From assembly GCA_011109175.1 (NCBI GenBank), contig RDEW01000004.1, positions 2,129,444-2,162,443 on the forward strand: 33,000 bases of DNA, written 5' to 3'. The notes under the pieces were generated by a model. That model worked only from the letters and a program-made list of their open reading frames with translations. It had not been told where the DNA came from and ran no database searches. The position numbers and the translations under genes are program-made. This document shows positions 23,171-33,000 of this stretch, one piece after another. Numbering within the stretch: position 1 is the first letter of the stretch; each line of letters starts with the position of its first letter. The DNA is from Dicyema japonicum. Its lineage: Eukaryota; Animalia; Dicyemida.

Positions 23171-23764
23171 TTAGACAATTACTATTATCCACGTGTGGTT
23201 CTGGATTTTATAACTGTCACTGACTTTTCATATTTTGGTGGTTAATACTGTTTTTCGTGCTGAGAATATCTGCGCTTTCAATTTCCACAGCGTTACATAC
23301 TTGGTTTAAGGATTCCTTTCTAATTTTTGCTTTCTAAAAGGGGTCCTGTGATCCACCTAACTCGGAAGACGTCCAACTCTTAGTCGGCATCCAAAAAAGG
23401 AACCACTTCTTCTTTACTCCAGTGGAGGGGTTCCCACAATGTCTGGAAAGGATGCATCTAACTACAACAATGGGAACTAACCTTTATTCACCTACGATAA
23501 ACTCAGCAGAATTGGCGTACATTCTTACTAGCATTTTCTCCAAATCTTCTTGTCTAATAAATGAGATTATGACCATAGTCGAAATTGGTATAGTAACCTC
23601 TTCATTGTCACTCAATGCTATATTCGTTATTCTGATGTCACAACTTACTAAAATCTTCACATTTATAAGTATCACGTACTTTCTTAAATAGAAATTATTT
23701 GTCAGTCTGTGTGCTAAGGCATTGCTTCCCGATTGGGGGTGTGAGAAATAATTTTAAAAATTAT

Positions 23765-24560
23765 GATTTTTTTATTTATTTTAATAACCCCGGAAACACC
23801 GAGAAAGAAAGACAAAAGAGTCAAACAGTTAGGTGATCCCAGTCCTCGCAATCACTTGTGCCATTCGACGTCTGTGATCTTCCATCGTCCCCACTACTTT
23901 CCGGAAGAGCCTTCTCTCGGTCTTGCAGAGGAATCCGATCGGGGAGGGGAATTTCTTATCCAATCGGTTTTCTCTTGCCATGGAAAGGATCAGGCGAAGT
24001 GGATTTCCATCTTCCTCACAGACGCGAAGAAATCCGGAGCCACGACTACGGATCTTAGCTTCCATGAGTAGTGGGTCGACTGTTGATCCATTACGTGGGC
24101 AAAGCATACTGATTGTTTTCCGGTATATCGAGTTGATTCTTTGGACCATAGACTCCGATAGCCCGAATCTCCATGCAACGGAGGCATACTCAATGGCAGG
24201 CGCGATTGTTTGTTGGTAGAGGGTAGAAACGGAAAAGTCCATGTTCCTCGTGGTCCTCCGAACAAGGGCGCGTATAACGTTAACTTTCTGGAGGCCCCTG
24301 GTAATCATGTCTGTTGCGTGGGAGTTGAAATTGAGAAGGCTGTCGTACTTGACTCCAAGGACAGTGGGGGACCTTGTCACTGGAATCCGAGTGGGACCAA
24401 TGAAAAGACTCGGTTCATCCTTGGAACGACGGTCCGACGTGAATGTGGAACAGATAGACTTGGATGCAGAAATCGTTAGTCGATTGCCAACAATCCAATC
24501 GTGGAGAGTGTTCAATTTTGTCTGAGTTTTAAGGGATGCGACTTGCGTCGAGTGGTTCCG
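23765..24560 (-). mobile_element. 5'-truncated LINE family B, open RT C-terminal frame (23829-24515)
   Basis: The 228-aa ORF is colinear with 4638-5380 (LHDW..NRLTIS..LGVKYDSLLNF..IEYASVAW). It has the same GGGATCACCT 3' end and a TAAA tail. Confidence 0.88.
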
Positions 24561-24739
24561 ATTACTTATACAAATGATCTTCGAATAAAATATATAACAA
24601 GAGAATTTGAATACATTTATATTTTTTAATAATTTATTATTTAATGTTAGAAATAAACGTTCAGGAAATGATATTGAATGTTTAAGGCTAAAAAGTCACG
24701 ATAGGATATCCAAGGAACGTTTCCGAAGCTTAGATTTAC

Positions 24740-25422
24740 CTGCATTTACAAACCGTTACTTTTGGTGTCATCCAAAATAACATATGAAGTTGAGAAATCA
24801 AAGAGGCCACATAATATTACAGAGAATCTTATTAATCCGTGTCCATTGGAAATGGTGAAATAGTCCTGGGTCCAACGTCTGTCGAAAACTGCAGCAGATT
24901 TCTTTGTCAAATAATTGTATCCGGGACCGAATTAACTGTATCAGTGATGATATTCTTAAACAAGTTGTTTCGGACATTAAGAATTCTCGCATCAAGATTT
25001 CAATCCTGTTGGATGAATCATCGATGTTGATAATTGCAGTTAACTAATTGGCTATGTTCGTTATGTACAATAAAATTGAGACTTTTTTTGATGAACATGA
25101 TATTCCATAGGAAATTATTGGGTCAATTTGCTTGGAGGGTGCTCCAGTTATGCTGGGAAACAGGTCTTGGGTTTGCAGCCCATTTGAGAAAACATGTTCC
25201 AAATGTAACAGTTACTCCTACATCAGTCATCGGCATGCGCTCATATCAAAGTCTTTGTCGATTAAGTTAAAAGATGTCTTTAATTCGTCTGTCAAAATCG
25301 TGGATTTCATTCAAAGAAGGGCTTTGAATCATATATTGTTCATAGCATTATGTATTGATGCAGACGTCACTGTTTTCTTGTATCATACCGATGTTAGATG
25401 GCCGTCAAAGGTTGTGTTTTGA
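24740..25422 (+). mobile_element. Degraded Buster/Charlie-type hAT transposase
   Basis: KRPHNITENLI, SLSNNCIRDRI, ISILLDES, ICLEGAPVMLG, HRHALISK and LYHTDVRW are characteristic of ZBED5/FAM200-like transposases. Confidence 0.85.
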
Positions 25423-25439
25423 CAAAATTTTTTATTCTC

Positions 25440-26000
25440 AGACTTGAAATCGAACAATGCTGTAAGACTCAAATTCTTTGGAGGTTTTTTTGGTCGGTTC
25501 GCAAGTAAGGTTTCCTGTGGTTTTCCATTGTTCCCACTGTAGTATGAAAGAGCTTTGCAGAAGAATCCGATTGGAGAAGGGAACTTTTTAACCAATCAGT
25601 TTTTTTTCTTTGGAAGTGGACAGCCGAAGTGGGTTCCATCTTCCTTACAGACGCGAAGAAAACCGGATCCGCGACTACGGTCGTAGTTTCTGTGGGAGTA
25701 CCAGTTGATCCAGTATGAAGGCACAATATATGAATAGTTCTTGAGTCTTTGGAGTGTAATTCCCGATAACGCGAATCTCCACGCAGAGGCATACTTTAAG
25801 GCCGGTCTAAGAATAGTTCGTGGTTAGGTTACTTCTTCGGTTTATGGGCCCGCATATTAATATCCAGGTGTGTCGAGAATATCTTGAACTGACGCCCAGT
25901 AATGTTTCATAAGTAGGTTAAGGTGTATATGACAAATGTGTTTTGGAGAAGGCTTTCCAGTTTATCTTCCAACTACGATTAAATCCGTTTTAATTCTTTC
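25440..26000 (-). mobile_element. Degraded LINE family B 3' fragment
   Basis: TTVVADPVFFASVRKMEP and KKFPSPIGFFCK align with 23829-24100. Confidence 0.75.
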
Positions 26001-26139
26001 CAGAATTTACAAGATTGACTTTTCCTGTTGTGGCGATTGATCAGATGTCGCCATCTCTGATCCTGGTGATCTCTTATACTCAGGCTGACATTTTTTTGAG
26101 TTATTATTTATTTATTGTGACCGGTTGAATACGAGCCCA

Positions 26140-26330
26140 GGTTAAAGGCGTTATACGTGGCTGATGATATATGCGGATGACATCTTAATCCTAGATTCAT
26201 CTCTGAAAGCCTACATCTCTGAGCGACGAATCGGGGCTTTTGTCGACAGAGTTCAGGTTTGGTGCGATAGGAGAGGGATGAAACTATCCACAGAAAAATC
26301 CAGTTACTTGCGAATATGCAGGCGTTAAAG
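26140..26330 (+). mobile_element. Family A-like RT fragment
   Basis: MIYADDILILDSS..VWCDRRGMKLSTEKS parallels family A MIIYADDILVLDSS..WCQNNGLTLSREK. Confidence 0.7.
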
Positions 26331-26559
26331 CCGTTAGAAATCAATAATTTTTTTAATGAAAAATAAATCAATGAATTAATTCCTATCTTTATAATGATTA
26401 GTAATTTTAATAATTTAAATTTCTCACAAATTTTCATTTTTTAACGGCTAACATCTGATAGAATAGTAATAGATTTTTGCTCACGCTTTTTGTTTTTTGT
26501 TATGAAGGTTGTCTACTTTACTCTGCTGCAAAAGCAAGAAATAATAACCTATCTGAGAT

Positions 26560-27600
26560 ACCAAATTTAACCATCCAATTTGCTGAAGGAGAAACGAAAT
26601 TTCATAAGAACTGCGTCATTATTCAGACTAAAAGACTCATTGCCGGCTCAACTATTTTTTTTCAAAACAAGTGGAATTTTATTGCACGTGTTCGCTGTGG
26701 AAGAAGATGAACAGAAGAGGATATTTATTGAAAATGTTCACCTCAAAAATGGACATCCTGGTCGTGATAGACTTCTTTCTCTTCTAAAGAATCTAGTCTA
26801 TGTATCTTGCAGAGATGAAGTTATGGTTGTTCTCAGGTCTTGTTCACAATGTCTGGCAAGACGGCTCATGAACACTCGACCAACTATAACACCTATCAGA
26901 GCATATACAGTGAGAGAGAGGTACTAGTTAAATATTCTAATTTCAGGTATATTTAGATTTGGTTGATATACGACACTATTCAAATTTTAATGAAAATTTT
27001 TGATGGCTTTTGGTTGGGGATGGATTCCTTTTCCAAATTTTGCTGGACAAGACCTCTAAAGAGTAAATCGGCTACGGTGGTGTCAAGTGCAATAAAGAGC
27101 ATAATTTTAATCAAAGAATTTGGAATTTCAAATGGATAAACATAATTGAAGAAATTACAAGTTCCTATAATTCTTTACAGCATTCAACAACGTTGCACGC
27201 TCCTTTTAAATTTATGTTCGGAGCTTCTGCCAATGAAACCATAAATAATCATTACTCAGAAGAGGAAGTGAATGAAATATTCAACCAAATTGATTTATGG
27301 AATGAAGAAACACAAACTGAAGCAACTGAATATCTTGCATGGTTTTGGTCATCAAATGAAACTTTGAGAACAAAAGCAATTTTAAATTCAAACATTGCTG
27401 AAAGAAAAATGTTAACAAGAAGAAGGTGGAAGAATGATATTTCTATCTTTAACATCGGTGATCGCGTTGTTAGAAGGGTCTATCTTGATAATATAAAAAA
27501 CACGAAAAAGTGGCTTAAACGAACACATTGATACATTCATATATCATGTTAAAGGAATATCTGATACAGGAATGATTGATTTAGAAGGAGAAGATGAAGT
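26560..27600 (+). mobile_element. Ginger/GIN-like integrase remnant with a 26-nt intron; catalytic core partly deleted
   Basis: H2C2 finger HLKNGHPGRD..CSQC, then RER|YI-DLVD (intron 26921-26946), D.FSKFCWTRPLKSKSA, and YN...HSTT..APFKFMFG. The segment carrying the second Asp and the Glu appears to be missing. No RT or gag lies adjacent. Confidence 0.7.
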
Positions 27601-27899
27601 GTGATTCAAGAAAATAGCAGAGACTTAGCAAAGCTAGAATAATTTTACAATATAAATTTCTCAATTTTTTCTAATAAAAACAGTTATTATTATTTTTGAT
27701 CATTTATAATATCATTAGAGTTAGGAGTTCTTAAGCTTTCAGCTTTGCATTAGAGTTAAGAAAACTTAGGATATATATTAGAGTTATACAACGAACAGGA
27801 CGTAAGAAAACTAACAATTTGACGAGACACAGCTGAAACACACAATTTGAATTGAAGTTGCAAAATCATCAATGTAACTAAGAGAAAAAGTATCCATTA

Positions 27900-28060
27900 A
27901 GTCAGGGGTGTCGAACTCATTTCCCTTTGAAGGCCGCATTGACAAGCTGATAGTCGGCTCGATATACTGGTTGTAGAGATGCTCCAATGCCGAGTTGTAA
28001 GATCTTCTGTAATGTCCAAGGAGGACCTTCACGAAGTTTCTTTGAGAAGAAGATAGCATG
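27900..28060 (-). mobile_element. Small LINE RT fragment
   Basis: HLYNQYIEPTIS resembles NIYKQYIEPFIS at ~9010. Confidence 0.45.
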
Positions 28061-28437
28061 TTACTTAATGCGTCCCGAAAATCATCAGGAAAAATCATTT
28101 AGTGACGTTTTTCTGTTTAGTAGAAATTTTAATTTAATAAAATTTATATTATCAATAATTAAAATGATGTAAATTATATTTTTTAATGTTGTGGATAATT
28201 TGACTAGTTTAAAGCAAACTTTGTTCAGATATAAAACTTCATTTTTTCAAAAATTTAAAGTTCAATCATTAATACGGGACGATTGCAATTAAAAATTTAA
28301 ATGTTCTGTGTCAGGTTAATTATTAATTCTAAACATGGGAATTTAACTATTGTTAACATCTTTGATGGGATGGAATCAGCCAGAAGAGCTAGGATTCTCG
28401 TCGACATACTGGCGATTTTATCCTGCAGTTTAAGAAC

Positions 28438-29343
28438 TTGGAAGACCTTGAAGATTTCAAAAAGTCAATGAATGATAGTAATCCTTTTGGATTGGGTGGA
28501 CATGAGATGGAGGAAGTAAAACTGCCTCCTTCGACTATAATTCTAAAAAATGTTCCGACATGGATAGAGATGGATGAATTAAAGGATTTTCTTCGGTCAA
28601 AGTTGACAGGAGAGTTCCGAGCTGAAAGATTTGTACGCCGTGGTGTTAGCTTGCCTATTGTTAAGCTTGTCTTAACAAGCAGGGGAGAAGCAGAATCCAT
28701 TGTCAGATTGGGATTGATTATTGGATTTTTGAAGATGAAAGCGGAATGGTATATAAAACGAGAAATTCAGTGTTTTCGTTGTCAACAGTTTGGACATATT
28801 GCTCGGTTTTGCAAGAACTTAGAAAAGTGTCTACATTGTTCGGGATCACATAGAAGATCTGAATGTAAAGCATCGCATGATACAAAAAATTGTGTTAATT
28901 GTGGGTCGACTACTCATCTGGCAAATTATGGAGGTTGTCCGAAAGCTATGGAAGCCAATCGTGAGAAAATGAAGAAAGTTGCTGAAAAGTCAAAAGTCTC
29001 CAAAAAAGAAGATAAGAAACTTGCCAAATCCGGAAATAGTCATACTATAGCAAAAAATGCTAAGTCAGCTTTTCTTGATGGTCGAACTTGTTGGAATATT
29101 CCAACGGTCAAAAGGGCAACAGTAGAAGCTTCTACTCAGACAGAAGAACCTGTGAAGGGAAAGAAAGAAGAAATCTCAACACAGGTCAATGATGGTGAAT
29201 GTCAACTTGATTATTCACAAACTTTGAAAAAATTAGAGAAAAGCATTATAGAAGTAACGAAAACAAAAAAGGATACGAAGCATTTATTGGATTTGGTGGC
29301 GATCCTAAGAGGAGGGATCAGCCACCAAAAAAATCAGAAGTAA
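28438..29343 (+). CDS. LINE ORF1 gag-like nucleic-acid chaperone (N-terminus continues upstream across a probable 1-nt deletion near 28398)
   Basis: CFRCQQFGHIARFC, CLHCSGSHRRSEC and CVNCGSTTHLANYGGC knuckles are preceded by an RRM-like IILKNVP region. Confidence 0.85.
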   Translation: MEDLEDFKKSMNDSNPFGLGGHEMEEVKLPPSTIILKNVPTWIEMDELKDFLRSKLTGEFRAERFVRRGVSLPIVKLVLTSRGEAESIVRLGLIIGFLKMKAEWYIKREIQCFRCQQFGHIARFCKNLEKCLHCSGSHRRSECKASHDTKNCVNCGSTTHLANYGGCPKAMEANREKMKKVAEKSKVSKKEDKKLAKSGNSHTIAKNAKSAFLDGRTCWNIPTVKRATVEASTQTEEPVKGKKEEISTQVNDGECQLDYSQTLKKLEKSIIEVTKTKKDTKHLLDLVAILRGGISHQKNQK

Positions 29344-29413
29344 TCAGGATAACCCTGATTAATGCCCGCTCTCTTCGGAAGCGGGCTTCAGAGCTGACTG
29401 CATTGGTCAGCAC
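29328..29413 (+). promoter_or_regulatory. Candidate -1 programmed ribosomal frameshift signal with three tandem hairpins
   Basis: A_AAA_AAT lies in the ORF1 frame, followed by spacer CAGAAG, then TAATCAGG-ATAAC-CCTGATTA, GCCCGCT-C-TC[TTCG]GA-AGCGGGC and GCTGACT-GCATT-GGTCAGC. Confidence 0.7.
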
Positions 29414-31906
29414 AGTGCATATGGATGTTTTGATAGTAAATGAGACGAAGATCAAGAAGGGAAGTTCTTTTAAACTTAATGGATTTTCATCAATTGATAT
29501 TCCGTGGAAGAAGGGTTCTATTTCTGGAACTGGAACTTCGATTTATTATAAATCTAATTTGAATACGAAGAGACCAAGAATTATTGAAGAAGATGTATGT
29601 GAACTAGTCAGTGTGCAAATACAAACAAATATTGGATGGATAACAGTTGGAGGAATTTATTCTAAGAGCTTACGTGAGTACCCTTGGATCATTGAGAAAT
29701 TTTTTAACGAAAACGTGAATTCGATTTTGGTTGGGGACATGAACGCAAAGCATGTTGATTATGGATGTGTTACAACAAATCAGGATGGAAAATGTCTTAT
29801 AAAGTGGATGGAATCAGGAGAATTGAAAATTTTGACGTCAGCAGAAATAAATCACTATGCAACTTATAGTGGTGATAAACTTGGATTGTTCATAATGCCT
29901 CTGACGATGAGTGAAATGTGTGATCCTCCATATATCGAAAATGACATAGGAAGTGACCACATCCCACAAACGATTGAATTAAAAACTGGTCCGGTTTACA
30001 CACGACAGTTATTCATTGGATATGATGTCAGCAAAATTGATTGGAATCACTTCAATTTCTACATCAGGCTGAAAATTGGTAATGTTTGTGATTTGGGGAT
30101 TTCGAAACCGGAAGATATCGACATTCTGGATAACAAAATAAGATCTTTGTTGTTAAGTTATCTGGAAAATTATGGAAAAAGAAAAAATCTGTTGCCGCAG
30201 GAAAATATGATAATAGGAGTAGAAGAACGCTCTTTGCGTCAGGAGAAGAATAAGTTAGAAAATAAATTAAAGAGGTGTTGGGATATCTTCGACTCTCAAG
30301 AACTTAAAATGCAGATCAAGTTAGTGAAGAAGAAAATAATGGATGTTGTAAAGAAGAATGAAGAAAAAGTATGGAAAAGAGAATGTTCAAAGTTACGTCG
30401 ACAGAACCCAAAATTTTGGAAACTATATGCAAGAATGAATTCTCCCAGTAATAAGAATGAAGAAATATCTCTCAAGTCAGATGATGGTCTCACTATTCCA
30501 AAAGAAGAAATTCCAAATGTTTTACGTCGACAATTGTCCAAAATTCAAGAGATAGATCCGGCATCTTTTATTCCGATAGAAGTACAAGATACAAGAAGTA
30601 GTTATAAAGAAAAGTCGAAATTGAGTGGTCCCTTGTGTCATCCTATAACGCTGGAAGAAATAAATGCTGCAATTAAGGGTTGCAAAAATAAAGCACCAGG
30701 GTGGGATTTTATCCCAATGAGTATTTTCAAGAACGCAGGCCCAATTTTGATTGAGTGCCTAAAAATATTATATAATTCTTCTTGGAGTTTTGGTCATGTT
30801 CCAGCTTATTGGAAACGAACAATTGTACGCATGGTTGTGAAAAAAGGAAAGCCAAGGTCAAAAGCAGATAGTTATAGGCCAATTAGCCTAGTCTGCTCAA
30901 TATCGAAAGTTATGGAAAAAATTGTTTTCAATCGTCTATCAAGGCATGTTGAGGATAATAATTTTCTCTCTGATAATCAACTGGGATTTCGGCATAAAAA
31001 AGGGACTGGAGATTGCTTTAAAGAGCTAAGATCTGCAATCGAAATTTCACGAAATAAAAAGGAATTTCTTACAATAGCATGTTTGGATATAACAAAAGCG
31101 TTTGACAGTGTTTGGCACTTTGGACTTGTTGATACGTTGTCAAAAGCAGAAATTGGGAAAACTGCGTTATTATGGATAGAAAACTTTCTTTCAAAAAGAA
31201 AGTCATATATACGTGTTGGAAATTTAATTTCAAAGAAAATTGAATTGCGAAGAGGAGTTCCACAGGGTTCAATTCTCAGCCCGCTACTCTTCAATTGCGT
31301 AATGAGAGATTTGCCAAAACAGAGAGCGTAAATAGTCAAATGATTATTTATGCTGATGACATTCTTGTGCTTGATTCAAGCATGAATAAACAAATTTCAT
31401 GGAAAAGGGTGGAATCCCATATTACTAAGATTGGAAAGTGGTGCCAAAACAATGGGTTGACTCTATCGAGGGAAAAAACAACAGTCACTTGGATTGCAAG
31501 TAAAAGAAAAAATATTAATCAATGTGTGAATACTGGGGATATAAAAATCTCTGAAACATTGAAGTATCTCGGATTGTTGATAGACCGAAGAGGATCTTTC
31601 AAGGAACATATTAAAACACGAAGAAAGAAAGCTACAGGAATGTTGAAATCTTTAATTCGATTTCATTTGGAGCCTGAAACTTTTCTTTTTGTGTATTCGG
31701 CGTGTGTTGAACCATTCTTGATATATGGTTATCAAGGATGGTTTAGAACAAAAGAAAGTGATGTCTTTGTCAAAAAATTGGAAAAGTCCAGAAGATTTGC
31801 GATTAAATTGGCATATGGACTGGACTTAAAATCTAATATCGAAGAGGATTACGACCTGAAAGTCAGAAAGATAGAAAAATTATTACATCACTTATGGAAA
31901 ATGTGA
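29343..31906 (+). pseudogene. LINE ORF2 AP endonuclease-reverse transcriptase, no in-frame ATG before the first APE motif; single 1-nt frameshift at ~31316
   Basis: IRITLINARSL, VNETK, LVGDMNAKH, GSDHIP, YRPISL, LDITKAFD, GVPQGSILSP and YADD are present. The frame is open from 29211, overlapping ORF1 in the -1 frame. Confidence 0.9.
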
Positions 31907-32081
31907 TGTAATTTTTGGGGTCCAAACGAAGTAGAGACATGTGGTGTCTCATAAAATGACCCTACACGATGAATACAAACCCACTTAATTAGTTTTGGTT
32001 CAGGTTTTGGTTTCTTTACAGTAATTAGTTTTGGGGTTTGTTAGAAAATAAAATTTGTCTTGTCTATGGACGAAAAAGTAT

Positions 32082-32735
32082 TGAAGCTAACATTGCGAAG
32101 AAAAACAAAATTGACCAAAAAAAGGAAAGAATCGAATGGAAAATTATTTCTAAAACGAGAAAATGCCCATAATGGAGAAAGTGAAGTTTCCAAAACTGGA
32201 ACGAATAAGAAATTAAAGTCAGAGTTTAGAATGTATGGGCAGACTGGCTGGAATACGACATATAATAAGAAACCTTCTAAAAAAGAAACAGTAGAAGCTT
32301 CAACACAGAGAATAGAGTGGTGCTCTTAAGAAGAGAGGGCAGCCACCGAAAAAACCAGAAGTAGTCAGGATAACCCTGATTAATGCCCGTTCTCTTCGGA
32401 AACGGGCCTCAGTGCTGGTTGCTATAGCCAGCACGATCCAGATGGAAGTTCTAATTATAAACGCAACTAAATTGAAGCACATGGATTGGATTTAGCATCT
32501 GAAATTGATGACGAATACGAAAGAAAAACAAGAAGAATCGGTGATTTATTACATTGCTTGTGGAAACTCGCATTGTAATTGGGGCTTTTTACGGAGAAGA
32601 GACATACGGTGTCTCATGAGAGTGCCCCGATATAGAAGACCCCAAATCTTGGCTTTCCTCTTTAGTTAATGGCTCTTACCTTGTTTAGTTAGTTGGGGTT
32701 TTGCGAATAAATCATGTTATCTGTTATCTGTTATC
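32082..32735 (+). mobile_element. Non-autonomous, internally deleted derivative of family A subfamily 1
   Basis: An ORF1 3' piece, the junction hairpins and the first ~115 nt of ORF2 are joined at 32477/32478 to the ORF2 end and 3' UTR, which are near-identical to 3277-3520. The tail is (TGTTATC)3, and the 15-bp repeat TGGACGAAAAAGTAT lies at 32067-32081 and 32736-32750. Confidence 0.85.
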
Positions 32736-32750
32736 TGGACGAAAAAGTAT

Positions 32751-33000
32751 ATACGTGTTGGAAATTTAATTTCAAAGAAAATTGAATTGCGAAGAGGAGT
32801 TCCACAGGGTTCAATTCTCAGTCCGCTACTCTTCAATTGCGTAATGAGAGATTTGCCAAAAACAGAGAGCGTAAATAGTCAAATGATTATTTATGCTGAT
32901 GACATTCTTGTGCTTGATTCAAGCATCAATAAACAAATTTCATGGAAAAGGGTGGAATCCCATATTACTAAGATTGGAAAGTGGTGCCAAAACAATGGGT
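32751..33000 (+). mobile_element. 5'-truncated family A subfamily 2 copy running off the window
   Basis: It is nearly identical to ~31210-31460, with an intact LPKTESVNSQMIIYADD frame. Confidence 0.9.

Larger units (their letters stand above)
28300..32066 (+). mobile_element. Near-complete LINE family A subfamily 2 (ORF1 + ORF2 + 3' UTR); 5' boundary uncertain
   Basis: ORF1 has three CCHC knuckles. ORF2 (APE-RT) has one visible frameshift. The 3' UTR hairpin is followed by AATAAAA and a (TTGTC)2 tail. Confidence 0.93.

Noticed and set aside
29265-29271. Second in-frame slippery heptamer A_AAA_AAG in the ORF1/ORF2 overlap
   Set aside because: No stimulatory structure is evident downstream, and the region is deleted in the other copy, so conservation cannot be shown. 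It remains possible but is weaker.
29360-29364. TAATG overlapping stop-start, as in SART1-type reinitiation
   Set aside because: The TAA is not the ORF1 stop and the ATG is not in the ORF2 frame.
1-33000. CRISPR arrays, rRNA, prokaryotic operons or defence systems
   Set aside because: No regularly spaced repeat-spacer array or rRNA-like sequence was seen. Spliceosomal introns, COG2 and LINE/hAT content show the window is eukaryotic.

Overview
AT-rich eukaryotic genomic window (standard genetic code) that is mostly transposon debris around a few host genes on the minus strand. Two host genes can be rebuilt by hand once very short introns are allowed. A cytosolic cysteinyl-tRNA synthetase (12896-15436) has 16 introns of 21-28 nt and carries lesions. 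COG2 (18618-20747) has 11 introns of 22-25 nt and one non-AG acceptor. A clean 59-aa ORF (11381-11560) resembles FAM104/VCF proteins. The rest is non-LTR retrotransposons (an APE-RT LINE 'family A' in two subfamilies, a related 'family B', several RTE-clade remnants, and a remnant with a 2A-like motif), Buster-type hAT transposase remnants and Ginger/GIN-like integrase remnants. The strongest novel signal is at the family A ORF1/ORF2 junction. ORF2 has no usable ATG, and the junction has an in-frame slippery heptamer, a 6-nt spacer and three tandem hairpins with compensatory base changes between copies. This points to -1 ribosomal frameshifting in a LINE. All gene models and homology calls were made by eye, without database searches.
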